A DNA stretch of 64,000 nt from an uncultured virus (IMG/VR IMGVR_UViG_3300006217_002156) (lineage: Duplodnaviria; Heunggongvirae; Uroviricota; Caudoviricetes). Under the pieces are notes generated by a model that saw only the letters and a program-made list of their open reading frames with translations, was not told the origin of the DNA and did no database searches. Made by a program: the position numbers and the translations under genes. Below, in pieces: positions 9,161 through 18,927 of this stretch. Numbering within the stretch: the first letter of the stretch is position 1; every line of letters begins with the position of its first letter. The stretch lies in the IMG/VR virus record IMGVR_UViG_3300006217_002156; one strand, written 5' to 3'.

Positions 9161-10385
9161 TATTCTCCGCTGGCCCTACACCGGCAAGAGCGCCCTGATC
9201 TGTGACGGCGCGGTGCGCTCCGGCAAGACGTCGGTGATGTCTTTGTCTTTCGTGCTGTGGGCTATGGGCAGCTTCAGCGGCTGCAACTTCGCTCTGTGCG
9301 GCAAGACGGTGGGGGCGGCGGAGCGCAATATCGTACACCCGCTACTGGACATCACCTACCTGACCGAACAGTTCTCCCTGGACTATACCCGTTCCGGCCA
9401 TGTGCTTACTGTCTCTCGGGGCGGAAAAACCAACCGGTTCTACATCTTCGGTGGCCGGGATGAGTCCAGCTACACGCTGATCCAGGGGATCACTCTGGCA
9501 GGGGTGCTGTTGGACGAGGTGGCGCTGATGCCCCGGTCCTTTGTGGAACAGGCTCTGGCGCGTTGCTCCGTCGCAGGAGCGAAGCTGTGGTTCAACTGCA
9601 ACCCAGACGTTCCAGAGCACTGGTTCCGTAAGGAGTGGCTGCTGAAGCTCCAGGAGAAGGACGCTACTCACCTGCACTTTACCATGGAGGATAACCCGGG
9701 CCTGACAGAGGCCATCAAGGCCAGGTACCGCAGCATGTACGCGGGGGTATTCAAGCGGCGGTACATCGACGGCGAGTGGACCGCCGGTGATGGGCTGATT
9801 TATGACATGTTTGATCCGTTTATCCATGGCTATGGGGATGATGAACGTCCCAAGGGTCTGGAGTACCAGGCAAGCCGGTATATTGCCTGCGACTATGGTA
9901 CGATCAATCCCTGCGTCTTTCTGGACATCTACGACGACGGCGAGACTGTCTGGGTGGACCGGGAATATCGCTGGGACAGCCGGGACATCGACCATGGCGG
10001 CCGGCAGAAGACTGACAGTGAGTACGCCGATGATTTTCTGTCTTTTCTGGGGGCTAACACTCAGTTCTGGTGCCCCGCCGTGGTAGACCCCTCCGCCGCC
10101 AGCTTCATTGAGGAGCTGCGGCGCCGTCAGGTCTACGTGATCTCTGGCGACAACAATGTCCTGGACGGCATCCGCCGGGTGGGCGCGCTGTTCCAGTGGA
10201 AACGTCTGCGGGTGCATCAGCGGTGTCAGGGTTTGACCAACGAGCTGCAAAGCTATGTTTGGGACAGCAAGGCGGCCGCAATGGGGATTGAGAAACCGGT
10301 GAAGAGTCTGGACCACGGTCCCGATGCTTTACGCTACTTTGTCAACACCTGTCTGCCCTCGTGGCGGTACGGAGGGGATGAATAA
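9138..10385 (+). CDS. PBSX-type terminase large subunit
   Basis: DGAVRSGKT, LLDEVALMP, CNP, DYGT, DHGPDALRY. Confidence 0.95.
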   Translation: MLSEKQIDILRWPYTGKSALICDGAVRSGKTSVMSLSFVLWAMGSFSGCNFALCGKTVGAAERNIVHPLLDITYLTEQFSLDYTRSGHVLTVSRGGKTNRFYIFGGRDESSYTLIQGITLAGVLLDEVALMPRSFVEQALARCSVAGAKLWFNCNPDVPEHWFRKEWLLKLQEKDATHLHFTMEDNPGLTEAIKARYRSMYAGVFKRRYIDGEWTAGDGLIYDMFDPFIHGYGDDERPKGLEYQASRYIACDYGTINPCVFLDIYDDGETVWVDREYRWDSRDIDHGGRQKTDSEYADDFLSFLGANTQFWCPAVVDPSAASFIEELRRRQVYVISGDNNVLDGIRRVGALFQWKRLRVHQRCQGLTNELQSYVWDSKAAAMGIEKPVKSLDHGPDALRYFVNTCLPSWRYGGDE

Positions 10386-12099
10386 CATGAGCGAATGGAA
10401 CAACGAAACGGTGTCCGTTCTGGACGCCTTCTCCAATCCGCTGTTCCGGCTGGGGTATGGGTCGCAGTCTCCCCTGGAGGCCACCGAATACCCCATGACC
10501 CGGATGACGGACAACTACGCCCTGCTTAACTCTCTCTACCGGGACAACTGGGTGGTGCAGAATGTGGTAGGCATTATCCCAGACGATATCACGAGGAAAT
10601 GGTTCACCCTCACCGGTACGATCAGCCCAAAGCATATCCAAGAGCTGGAACAGGTGCAGACCAATACCGCCCTCCGCGAGAGCGTCAATGAGGGACTGCG
10701 CTGGGGCCGTCTCTATGGCGGGGCGGCGGGACTAATCATGATCCGGGGACAGGAACACCTGCTGGACCGTCCCCTGGACCTGGGGGCAATCCTGCCCGGA
10801 ACCTTCCAGGGGCTTTACGTCCTGGACCGCTGGTGCGGCATCGCTCCAGAACTTGGGCTGATCTATGACGGCCGGGGCCGTATGGTTCCCGAGTATTACA
10901 CCATCAGCGGGGAGAATGGCCGCACGGTGGCCCGGGTCCACCACTCCCGGATCATCCGCTTTACCGGCCGGGAGCTGCCCTACCTGGAGCGTATTGCGGA
11001 GCTGTATTGGGGTGAATCTGAGGTAGAGGCCCTGTATCAGGACGTGGTGAAGCATGACAATGTAGCCGCTAACATGGCCGCCCTCACCTTCCGGGCCAAT
11101 GTGGACACTATGGAGGTTCAAAACCTGGACCAGTTGTTCGCCATGACCTCCGGGGAGGCGCAGCGGCGCTTTTGGAACCTGATGCAGGCTCAGAGCGTGA
11201 TACGCTCCAACTTTGGGATGCACCTGGTGAACAAGGGCGACCAGGTGAAAAACACCCAGTACACCTTCACCGGCCTGGAGGAGGTCTATGAGGCCATGTG
11301 TCTGGACCTGTCCGGGGCCTCCCGCATCCCCATGACCAAGCTCTTCGGCCGCTCCCCCGCAGGGCTGAACGCCACCGGGGAGTCCGACCTGACCAACTAC
11401 TACGACTACATCGACTCCCTGCGGGAAAGCAAACTGCGGCCCATCCTCCAGAAGCTCCTGCCTGTGCTGGCCATGTCCGCCTGGGGCTGCGTGCCGGAGG
11501 GGATGGATATCACCTTCCCGCCCCTGTGGGCCCCGAAAGCGGATGAGGTAGCCAAGATCGCCAGCGCAAAGGCGGAAACCATTCTGGCCGTATTCCAGTC
11601 CGGGCTTTTGGGCGCGGACACCGCCCAAAAGGAGCTGAAAAAACTGGCTGCGGAGACCGGGATGTTTGACAGCATCACCGACGAGGAGATCGCCGCCAAC
11701 AGGGGCAGAACCTACGCTGAACTTACCGCCCTGTCCGACCCCTTCGCCGGCCTCACCCCGCCCGCCGCTTCTGATGAGTTTACCAGAGACAGCCTGACCG
11801 CTGATTACAATCCCCACCACGACCCCGCCACTGGGCGCTTTACTTCTGGCGGCGGAGGTAGTAAAATAGGAAGCGGAAAAGCCGGCAAAACAAAGTATGC
11901 GCCGTCGCCGCAGAGGAGCCATAAGGGAATACAATTAAAGCCCAAAAAATATGCAAGGCTGTGTGGAACCTTGAATACCCAATTTCCTGGGTTGAAGGCA
12001 GGAGATGTCAGGTGTATATGTGACGCTAAGAAGGTATACACAGTTGAAGCAGATGGTTATGGTGGTATGCATGTAATTTCGGCTGTGAATATCAAGTAG
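10378..12099 (+). CDS. DUF1073-type portal with a basic C-terminal extension
   Basis: VHHSRI, GASRIPMTKLFGRSPAGLNATGESD; tail begins after YNPHHDPATGRFTSGGGG. Confidence 0.9.
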   Translation: MNNMSEWNNETVSVLDAFSNPLFRLGYGSQSPLEATEYPMTRMTDNYALLNSLYRDNWVVQNVVGIIPDDITRKWFTLTGTISPKHIQELEQVQTNTALRESVNEGLRWGRLYGGAAGLIMIRGQEHLLDRPLDLGAILPGTFQGLYVLDRWCGIAPELGLIYDGRGRMVPEYYTISGENGRTVARVHHSRIIRFTGRELPYLERIAELYWGESEVEALYQDVVKHDNVAANMAALTFRANVDTMEVQNLDQLFAMTSGEAQRRFWNLMQAQSVIRSNFGMHLVNKGDQVKNTQYTFTGLEEVYEAMCLDLSGASRIPMTKLFGRSPAGLNATGESDLTNYYDYIDSLRESKLRPILQKLLPVLAMSAWGCVPEGMDITFPPLWAPKADEVAKIASAKAETILAVFQSGLLGADTAQKELKKLAAETGMFDSITDEEIAANRGRTYAELTALSDPFAGLTPPAASDEFTRDSLTADYNPHHDPATGRFTSGGGGSKIGSGKAGKTKYAPSPQRSHKGIQLKPKKYARLCGTLNTQFPGLKAGDVRCICDAKKVYTVEADGYGGMHVISAVNIK

Positions 12100-12111
12100 G
12101 AGGTCAGATAA

Positions 12112-12375
12112 ATGGGGGAAAAAGACTTGCGCCAGGAACTTCGTACATTGCTGATGAGTTATGTGGGCGAGGCGGAAGAAAAGAAAGACTCTGTCACAGA
12201 AGAGGATGTGGAACTGGAAATAATCGTTGCTGAAGCCTGTCACATTGAACAGGAAATTCTAGATTATGCGGCCGAACATCCAGAGGCACCATTTTGGGAC
12301 TTTTTAAAATTGAATAAACCGGGACTCTTTGGTGTTACACAGGAAGAGCTGCTGGAGGATGACGAGGACGACTAA
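12112..12375 (+). CDS. Acidic small protein, candidate immunity 1
   Basis: Paralog of 12909-13157 (HIEQEI.DY...HP.APFWDFL...KPGL...TQEELLEDDEDD). Confidence 0.7.
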   Translation: MGEKDLRQELRTLLMSYVGEAEEKKDSVTEEDVELEIIVAEACHIEQEILDYAAEHPEAPFWDFLKLNKPGLFGVTQEELLEDDEDD

Positions 12376-12562
12376 CTGATCATCTCTTACCGCCCTGTCC
12401 GTCCTCTTAACTTAAAACCAGGAGAAAACGCAGATTGCTTTTTTGATAGATTTTATTATCAGTTTACTGTTGACGGGCTTGGCAGCTACCGTTTTACAAC
12501 ACGTATGCCAATTGTCGGAAACGAAAAATATATCGATGGTCTGCGGAGAAAGGAGGGCTAAT

Positions 12563-12808
12563 ATGCAGTATGAGCTTACAAAATGCCAACAATTGCTCAC
12601 AGATAAGTATCTTGATGGAGTAAAGAGCAAAAAAGACGAGATGATGTTTCTTAGCGTAGGAATGGGGGCAAATTCGTTTGGATTTGAAGAAAAGATTATA
12701 GATTACTTGAATTTGCACCCAAAAGCTACTCTTCAGGAATTAGACCAATACGCAAAGCAGTTCTTTCCGGAACTTGTAATTGAAGATGACGAGGACGAGG
12801 TTGACTAA
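12563..12808 (+). CDS. Acidic small protein, diverged candidate immunity 2
   Basis: AAGGAGG RBS; EEKIIDYL..HP.A..; acidic EDDEDE tail. Confidence 0.65.
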   Translation: MQYELTKCQQLLTDKYLDGVKSKKDEMMFLSVGMGANSFGFEEKIIDYLNLHPKATLQELDQYAKQFFPELVIEDDEDEVD

Positions 12809-12813
12809 GCGGT

Positions 12814-12890
12814 TTCGTCGCCGCAGAGGAGCTATAAGGGAATCCAGCTGAAGCCTAAAACCTACGCCCGGCTCACCGGGACGCTGAACA
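12814..12890 (+). repeat. Orphan partial copy of the portal C-terminal coding sequence (~11902-11980)
   Basis: cgtcgccgcagaggagc.ataagggaat.ca..t.aagcc.aaaa..ta.gc..ggct...gg.ac..tgaa.ac. Confidence 0.8.
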
Positions 12891-12908
12891 CAAATAGGGG
12901 GCACTTAT

Positions 12909-13157
12909 GTGGAAGAAAAATTAAAAGTATTCCTCCAAAGATACATTGGGCAGGGGGAAGAAAAAAAGGATAAGGTCCAGGAAGACGATGTGGAAATGCT
13001 GGTCCACTCCGCCGTATATGACCACATTGAGCAGGAAATTTTCGACTACGGCACAGCTCACCCTGATGCCCCGTTTTGGGATTTTCTCTCTTTCATTAAG
13101 CCTGGACTGAAGGGTATTACGCAGGAAGAGCTGCTGGAGGATGACGAGGACGACTAA
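12909..13157 (+). CDS. Acidic small protein, candidate immunity 3
   Basis: Paralog of 12112-12375. Confidence 0.7.
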   Translation: MEEKLKVFLQRYIGQGEEKKDKVQEDDVEMLVHSAVYDHIEQEIFDYGTAHPDAPFWDFLSFIKPGLKGITQEELLEDDEDD

Positions 13158-14324
13158 ATGCCCATGAACCGCACCCCCGTTTTAAAGCGGGTCCCTAACA
13201 ACTGGGAAGAGCTGGAGAAGCTGCGGGAGATATTCCTGAAGGCGGAGAATGATCTGATTGCTGAGATTGCCCGCCAGCGTTCCCGTGGACTAGTGGACTA
13301 TCATACCGAGGCGGCCCTGTCCCGGGTGCAGGCCACCCTCCAGAAGCTGGTGGATGATGCTTGGAAGTACGTGCCTCGGATGATTGAGAAGCAGTTCTAT
13401 ACCCAGCACCCTGAAGTCCGAAGAATCCCGGAGACCGTGGAGAAGCACCAGGCGGGCTATGCCAACGCTTATGCCCTTACCCTGGAGCAGACCGCCATCG
13501 TGGAGCAGCTGACAATCAATCTCTTAGGTGAACTGATGGAGGCCTCTGCCACGGCCAAGCGCAATACAGAGGATGTGATCCTGGGCCGGTTGGAGAATGA
13601 CGTCTTCCGCCGGACTGGCCTGGCCCGTGTGGCAGCTATGGAGGCTGAGGGTGCCGGCGCCTACCCCTCCGCCCGGAAGATGATTCAGGACCTTCGAGCC
13701 CAAGGCGTCACCTGCTTTGTGGACAAGGCGGGGCGAAAATGGAGTTTATATTCCTACTGTAACATGGTGGCCAGGACCACCAGCAGACAGGCGGAGATAC
13801 TGGCTGTTCTTACCCAGGACCCGAAATGGGACCTGTATCAGGTTACCTCCCACACTGGGTCCTGTGGCCTATGCGCCCCCCTGGAGGGCCGCGTCTACTC
13901 CAAGAGCGGGACCGACCCGGATTTCCCGCCCCTGGCCTCCGCCTTTGGGAAAATCGACCCCGCGGGCCCCAACGACCTGAGCAACACTTATCTCAACATA
14001 CATCCTAATTGCCTCCATCAGCTCATAAGATGGACGCCCATAGGACACACGCCGGAAGAGCTGGAGAAAATCAAGCGTTTTTCCAGCTTCCGGACGAACC
14101 CGCCCAGCCGGGACCCCCGGTCCAGAAAGCAGATTGAAGCTTACCGCAGAAAGGAGGCCGGCCGCAGGCAGTTTTTGAAGGACCTTCGTCAATTCCAGGA
14201 TATGAAGCTGGTCCTGGGCCGCCGGATGACCGGGAACGCGGCGGAGTTTGTAAAGCACAAAATGGCCGGTGACGAAAAGTACCGCCGGTGGGTGGAGCTG
14301 TATCGAGAGGAGCTTGGGAAATGA
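13158..14324 (+). CDS. Phage minor capsid protein (Phage_min_cap2/MuF-like)
   Basis: FVDKAGRKWSL..Y..M..RT; CGLCAPLEGRVY; HPNCLH. Confidence 0.85.
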   Translation: MPMNRTPVLKRVPNNWEELEKLREIFLKAENDLIAEIARQRSRGLVDYHTEAALSRVQATLQKLVDDAWKYVPRMIEKQFYTQHPEVRRIPETVEKHQAGYANAYALTLEQTAIVEQLTINLLGELMEASATAKRNTEDVILGRLENDVFRRTGLARVAAMEAEGAGAYPSARKMIQDLRAQGVTCFVDKAGRKWSLYSYCNMVARTTSRQAEILAVLTQDPKWDLYQVTSHTGSCGLCAPLEGRVYSKSGTDPDFPPLASAFGKIDPAGPNDLSNTYLNIHPNCLHQLIRWTPIGHTPEELEKIKRFSSFRTNPPSRDPRSRKQIEAYRRKEAGRRQFLKDLRQFQDMKLVLGRRMTGNAAEFVKHKMAGDEKYRRWVELYREELGK

Positions 14325-14449
14325 GCGAGACAGTTATCAAAGCCATAGAGGCCATCCTGGCTCGCGGCGACCGGGTAGAACTGATCCCGACTAAAGACGG
14401 TGTACGCGTGATTGGAGTGAAACGCAGGGAGGTAAAGCTGAATGGCTAA
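14321..14449 (+). CDS. 42-aa protein (MSETVIKAIEAILARGDRVEL...), paralog of 23349-23474
   Basis: Manual translation; ATGA overlap with the upstream gene. Confidence 0.65.
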   Translation: MSETVIKAIEAILARGDRVELIPTKDGVRVIGVKRREVKLNG

Positions 14450-14488
14450 AAACCGTACCGGGTCTTTAAAATAAACTTAAAAAACCTC

Positions 14489-14535
14489 TTGACTTTTTAT
14501 CACACCTAAAGTAGAATAAAGGTGTGATTAAAAGT
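14489..14535 (+). promoter_or_regulatory. Sigma70 promoter with inverted-repeat operator
   Basis: TTGACT-17-TAGAAT flanked by atcacacct/aggtgtgat. Confidence 0.7.
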
Positions 14536-14543
14536 GAGGTGAT

Positions 14544-14720
14544 ATGGTGAGCCCACGCACAGGGCGGCCAAAAGTGGAAAATCCAATAAATAAGCGTTTT
14601 AGTGTATGTCTTGATGAAAAAACATTAAAACAGCTTGAAGTCTACTGCCAAACAAACGGAATTACAAAAGGTGAGGCAGTACGAAATGGAATCCATCTGC
14701 TTTTGGAGCAAGAAAAATAG
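14544..14720 (+). CDS. Ribbon-helix-helix (CopG-like) regulator
   Basis: SPRTGRPKVENP...LDE....LE.YC...ITKGEAVRNGI. Confidence 0.75.
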   Translation: MVSPRTGRPKVENPINKRFSVCLDEKTLKQLEVYCQTNGITKGEAVRNGIHLLLEQEK

Positions 14721-14832
14721 AGTGTTGGCGGCCTCACAAACCTCACCAACACCCTATGACACCACACCCGGAGGTCTGGTAAATCTGATTATGCCATACT
14801 TCCTGGTGAAAATCAACAGGAGGTTTTGAAAA

Positions 14833-15045
14833 ATGAATACCGATGCTAGAAAGAGAATTGAGCGGTACATTGCGCAGACACCAATCAGCGAACGTGACGA
14901 GATCAATTACTGTATCCGAGTCAGTGAAATCAGAGCTCTGTATGAGTTGATGGAGCAGGACTGGTATCACGCAATCTGCATGATTTTTTCCTATGGCCGG
15001 GCCAAAGGCTACCGGGCCGCAAAGGCGGAGGCGAAACGTGGGTAA
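14833..15045 (+). CDS. Hypothetical protein (YGRAKGYRAAKAE family)
   Basis: AGGAGG RBS. Confidence 0.65.
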   Translation: MNTDARKRIERYIAQTPISERDEINYCIRVSEIRALYELMEQDWYHAICMIFSYGRAKGYRAAKAEAKRG

Positions 15046-15742
15046 ATTTATTGATTTGACCGGGCAGAGGTTTGGGAGACTGACAGTAATACGGAGGACT
15101 AACGATTATGTAGCGCCTGGTGGTGCTACCGAGCCAATGTGGCTATGTATCTGTGACTGTGGGAATGAAACAACAGTTAAGAGAAGTGCGTTAAAAGGTG
15201 GGCATACTAAAAGTTGTGGGTGTTTTCATTCCGAAAGAATTTCTAAGCTAATGAAAAAGCAAAATCCATTTACGATTAACGGTGAAAAGGTCTATGTCTG
15301 TCTACTCAATTCTAAATCGGAAATGGTAGTTGATAAAGACACTTGGTTCAATACTACTCGCTATTTTTGCTGGTCGTTATCGTCAAATGGATACGCAAAG
15401 GCAAGAATCGGTAATAAAAGTGTTTACTATCATGTTTTTGCTTTTCCTAATTGCCCTGATGGTATGGAGAGAGATCATATAGACGGAAATCGACTTAATA
15501 ATTGTCGGACTAACATACGGTTTGTAACTCGATGCAACAACAATAAAAATAGAAAATTCAAAGAAAATCGAAAGAGCGGTAAAACTGGGGTAAATTGGTC
15601 AAAATCTTCCAATAAATGGAGAGCCATAATAAAAGCAGACGGAAAATACATAAGTCTTGGCTATTTTGTGGACCTCCAAGATGCTATTGATGCCCGTGAA
15701 GCCGCTGAAATCAAGTACTTTGGAGAGTACAGAAGAAAGTAA
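15038..15742 (+). CDS. HNH homing endonuclease with AP2 domain
   Basis: DLTGQRFGRL, C.CDCG, KSCGC, DHIDGNRLNN, W.A.I...LGYF. Confidence 0.9.
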   Translation: MGKFIDLTGQRFGRLTVIRRTNDYVAPGGATEPMWLCICDCGNETTVKRSALKGGHTKSCGCFHSERISKLMKKQNPFTINGEKVYVCLLNSKSEMVVDKDTWFNTTRYFCWSLSSNGYAKARIGNKSVYYHVFAFPNCPDGMERDHIDGNRLNNCRTNIRFVTRCNNNKNRKFKENRKSGKTGVNWSKSSNKWRAIIKADGKYISLGYFVDLQDAIDAREAAEIKYFGEYRRK

Positions 15743-15749
15743 ATATTGA

Positions 15750-15826
15750 GCCCTGCCCTAAACGTTGGACAGGAAGAACCGAGCGTGGTTGATGGCAAAA
15801 GCCATTGGCCGCGCTTTTATTTTTGG
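15750..15826 (+). promoter_or_regulatory. Structured leader/attenuator motif, copy 1
   Basis: P1 hairpin, gaaga linker, terminator hairpin plus U-tract; homologous to 23482-23557. Confidence 0.65.
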
Positions 15827-15837
15827 AGGTGAGCCCC

Positions 15838-17049
15838 ATGTTCTATTACTACGGTACAGTGCTTTCTGATCACATTACGAAAAAACCCAACGGTGGGATT
15901 ATCTGTACCGACGTTCCCATCGCCCGAACGGGCACCCAGGAGTATTTGGCCCGGGAACTTCATCTGGACGGCGACCCGGAGCGGGTGATTACTGTCACAC
16001 GGGAGCCGGCGGAAGTATTCTCTGCGGCAGCTATGGCCTCCTTTGAGGGGGTCTGTATTTGCGACAGTCATCCGCCCGAAGACGTGACCGCCGAGAACTT
16101 CAGCCAGTACAGCAAAGGACATGTCCAGAATATCCGCCGCAGCGGCGACTACCTGGTAGGCGACCTTCATATCGACGACGCTGTGCTTGCCGACCAAGTG
16201 CTGAACAAGGCAAAGCGCCAGATATCGTGCGGCTATACATGCCAATATGTGCCGCTTGGAAACGGATACACCCAACGCGAGATACGCGGCAACCATGTCG
16301 CCATTGTCCTCAGAGGCAGGGCGGGGAGTTCCGTATCTATACATGATAACAGCCCGAAAGGGCGGAAAGAAGGTAAAATCCACATGAGCAAATTCACTGA
16401 GGCCATCTTGTCCGCTTTTGGCATGGCGATCAAGGAGACCAACGACCAGGAGGAAATCAAATCCCTGGTCACCACCACCGCCACTGCCCTGGATGCCGGC
16501 CCCACCCCCGCGGCCGCCCTCGAGGAAAAGCCCGCCGCCAAGGAGGAGCCCACCGCCGACTTAATGGTGGAGCAGGCTCCCAAGGGAGATGACCTGGGCA
16601 GCAAGCTGGACAGGCTGATCGAGATGGTGGGCGCCCTGAAGCGCGAGGAGAATCCGGGGGAGAAAAAGCAGGCCGACGGCCTGGAGGAGCTGGTCGAGCA
16701 GCTGGAAGGGAAGAAGGAAGACCCGGAGAAGGCTGTCACCATCCCCGCCGATGAGATGGATGCCTGCGCCTCCTCCAATGGAAGGGACGCCGCGCTGGCC
16801 ATTGTCAAAGCCATGCAGCCCGTGGTGGCCTCCATTGAGGATAAGGCGGTTCGGGCCCAGGTCACAGACGCCCTGCTGGCCGCCTTCAAGGGCCCGGACG
16901 TGCTGGGGGCCATCGACAGCGCCGCCCAGGCCAGCGCCCGCAAAGCGGCGGACGCCGCCGGCCGCACCAGCTATGAACAACGCTGTGCCGATTCTGAGGC
17001 AGCCTACGCCGCCCGGAATCCCCACAAACACACCGACAAGGAGGTTTAA
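15838..17049 (+). CDS. DUF2213 head protease/scaffold protein
   Basis: VPIARTG.QEY, SFEG....HP, ISCGY, GNHVAIV.RGRAG. Confidence 0.9.
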   Translation: MFYYYGTVLSDHITKKPNGGIICTDVPIARTGTQEYLARELHLDGDPERVITVTREPAEVFSAAAMASFEGVCICDSHPPEDVTAENFSQYSKGHVQNIRRSGDYLVGDLHIDDAVLADQVLNKAKRQISCGYTCQYVPLGNGYTQREIRGNHVAIVLRGRAGSSVSIHDNSPKGRKEGKIHMSKFTEAILSAFGMAIKETNDQEEIKSLVTTTATALDAGPTPAAALEEKPAAKEEPTADLMVEQAPKGDDLGSKLDRLIEMVGALKREENPGEKKQADGLEELVEQLEGKKEDPEKAVTIPADEMDACASSNGRDAALAIVKAMQPVVASIEDKAVRAQVTDALLAAFKGPDVLGAIDSAAQASARKAADAAGRTSYEQRCADSEAAYAARNPHKHTDKEV

Positions 17050-17051
17050 TT

Positions 17052-17561
17052 ATGGGACTGCATCCTCAGAACATCGGCGCCGCGATGCCTCATGGTTTCG
17101 CCGGCAGCTATGCCCGGCAGCCGGACATGATCGCTAACACCCACCCTGCGGGGGCGGACCTGCCCTTCGGCGCGGCGCTCCAGTACGAAGCCAACGGCGC
17201 GGTGGTACCCATGGGCGCTGGGAGTACGGCCCAGGACTTCGTTGGCGTGGCCTCCCGGGAGGTCAAGAGCGCCCTGAGCTACCTGGAGCAGGGTATCGGG
17301 GCCTACGCCAAGACCGAGGCGGTCCCCGTGTTCATGCGTGGAGCTATCAATGTCAAGTGTAATGTGGGGGCCCCAAAACTGGGCGGCGCAGTTTACGTCC
17401 GCATTGCGGCCAACGAGAGTATCCCCACCGGCGTGGTGGGCGGCTTCGAGGCGGCGGCGGACGGCGGGAACACCGTGGAGCTGACCAACTGCCAGTGGGC
17501 CGGTCCGGCGGACGCCAACGGGATTACCGAGCTGCGTATCCTCACCATGAACAATGCGTAA
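17052..17561 (+). CDS. Head decoration/cement protein
   Basis: Between DUF2213 and capsid; GFAG, LPFG, RG.INV. Confidence 0.7.
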   Translation: MGLHPQNIGAAMPHGFAGSYARQPDMIANTHPAGADLPFGAALQYEANGAVVPMGAGSTAQDFVGVASREVKSALSYLEQGIGAYAKTEAVPVFMRGAINVKCNVGAPKLGGAVYVRIAANESIPTGVVGGFEAAADGGNTVELTNCQWAGPADANGITELRILTMNNA

Positions 17562-17574
17562 GGAGGGAGAAACC

Positions 17575-18615
17575 ATGTATCAGAATACAGGAACCTTTAA
17601 CGCCGGTGTATTCAGCACCGGGAAAGCGTCCACCCCTGGCCCCATGTCCGGCGTTCCCGTGATGGATGAGGCGGGCATCGCCTCCGGCGGGGCCTTCCTG
17701 GTCTCCGAGCTGGAGAAACGGGACCCCCTGATCCGCAAGCCTCTGACCAGCGTTACCTACCCCCGGGACATCGTGGTAAAGGTTGGCGGCGGCTGGGTAG
17801 ACTTTACCTCCGCCATGTCGGTGGCCTATGGCATTACCGGCGGCTCCGGAGACAGCCCCATCACCGCCGGCGGGGCCAATGGCGTTCCCATTGTGCAGGC
17901 CAGCATGGACAAGGGTCTCTACAAGGCCCATGTTTTTGCTGCCGCCCTGCGGGTGATGTTCGTAGACATGCAAAAGGCCAACTTTATCGGCCGGTCCCTG
18001 GATCAGCTGCTCAGTGATGGCGTGCGCACGACCTACGACAAGCACATGGATGAGAATGTCTATAGAGGCTTTGCGGCTTACGGCACTACCGGACTGGTCA
18101 ACGACCCCGATGCGGTGGAGACCACCGTGCCCGCCAACGGGACAGGTGGGGCTACCAAGTGGTCGGCTAAGACGAAGGAACAGATTTTGGCTGACATCAA
18201 TAAGGCCCTCACCGACACCTGGGCCGCCGCCGAGTATGACGAGAGTGCCATGCCCAACCATATCCTGCTGCCCTATGAGCAGTATACCTACCTGCTGAAC
18301 ACCCCTGTTACCGAGCTGGCTACCGAGACTCTGATGGATTTCATCCTTAAGAACAACGTAGCGGCCAAGAACGGCGGCTCCCTGTTCATTGGAGCCACCC
18401 GCTGGTGCAAGGGCGCGGGTACGGGCGGCGCCGACCGTATGGTGGTATATGTCAACCACGAGCGCTTCCTCCAGATGGAGGAGCTGGTCCCCTTGTCCCG
18501 GATCATGTCCGCCCCTGTCCCCACCAACGTGTGCTATGACACCGCCTACATGGCCAATATTTCCCAGGTGCAGATGCTCTACCCCCAGACAGTCACCTAC
18601 TGGGACGGAATTTAA
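17575..18615 (+). CDS. Major capsid protein (DUF2184)
   Basis: FLVSELEKRDP, PNHILLP..QY, GAGTGG.DRMVVY. Confidence 0.9.
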   Translation: MYQNTGTFNAGVFSTGKASTPGPMSGVPVMDEAGIASGGAFLVSELEKRDPLIRKPLTSVTYPRDIVVKVGGGWVDFTSAMSVAYGITGGSGDSPITAGGANGVPIVQASMDKGLYKAHVFAAALRVMFVDMQKANFIGRSLDQLLSDGVRTTYDKHMDENVYRGFAAYGTTGLVNDPDAVETTVPANGTGGATKWSAKTKEQILADINKALTDTWAAAEYDESAMPNHILLPYEQYTYLLNTPVTELATETLMDFILKNNVAAKNGGSLFIGATRWCKGAGTGGADRMVVYVNHERFLQMEELVPLSRIMSAPVPTNVCYDTAYMANISQVQMLYPQTVTYWDGI

Positions 18616-18627
18616 GGAGGGCCTATT

Positions 18628-18927
18628 ATGTCTGCTTTTGTTGTTTCTTACCGCAATGTTGTTATCCCCCACCCCGATGGCGGGCCCCCTTGCCACCTGA
18701 CCAGGGGGTATGCCGGTCCGGTGCCCGACTGGGTGCCTGGGATCGCCTACTTCAAGGCTCTTGAGGCGGACGGCAAGATTGTCCTGTCCACGTCCAGGAA
18801 GGACAAGGACCTGCGCAGAGCCAAGGCGGCGGCGGATAAAGCCCGCAAGACCGCCGAAAAGGCTGTCCAGGAATCGGCGGCGCCGGTCGGTGATTCTGTG
18901 GAGGAACCAGATGTATCCAGAGAGTAA
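18628..18927 (+). CDS. Small head-associated protein
   Basis: VPDWV....YFKAL..DGKI; follows capsid. Confidence 0.65.
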   Translation: MSAFVVSYRNVVIPHPDGGPPCHLTRGYAGPVPDWVPGIAYFKALEADGKIVLSTSRKDKDLRRAKAAADKARKTAEKAVQESAAPVGDSVEEPDVSRE

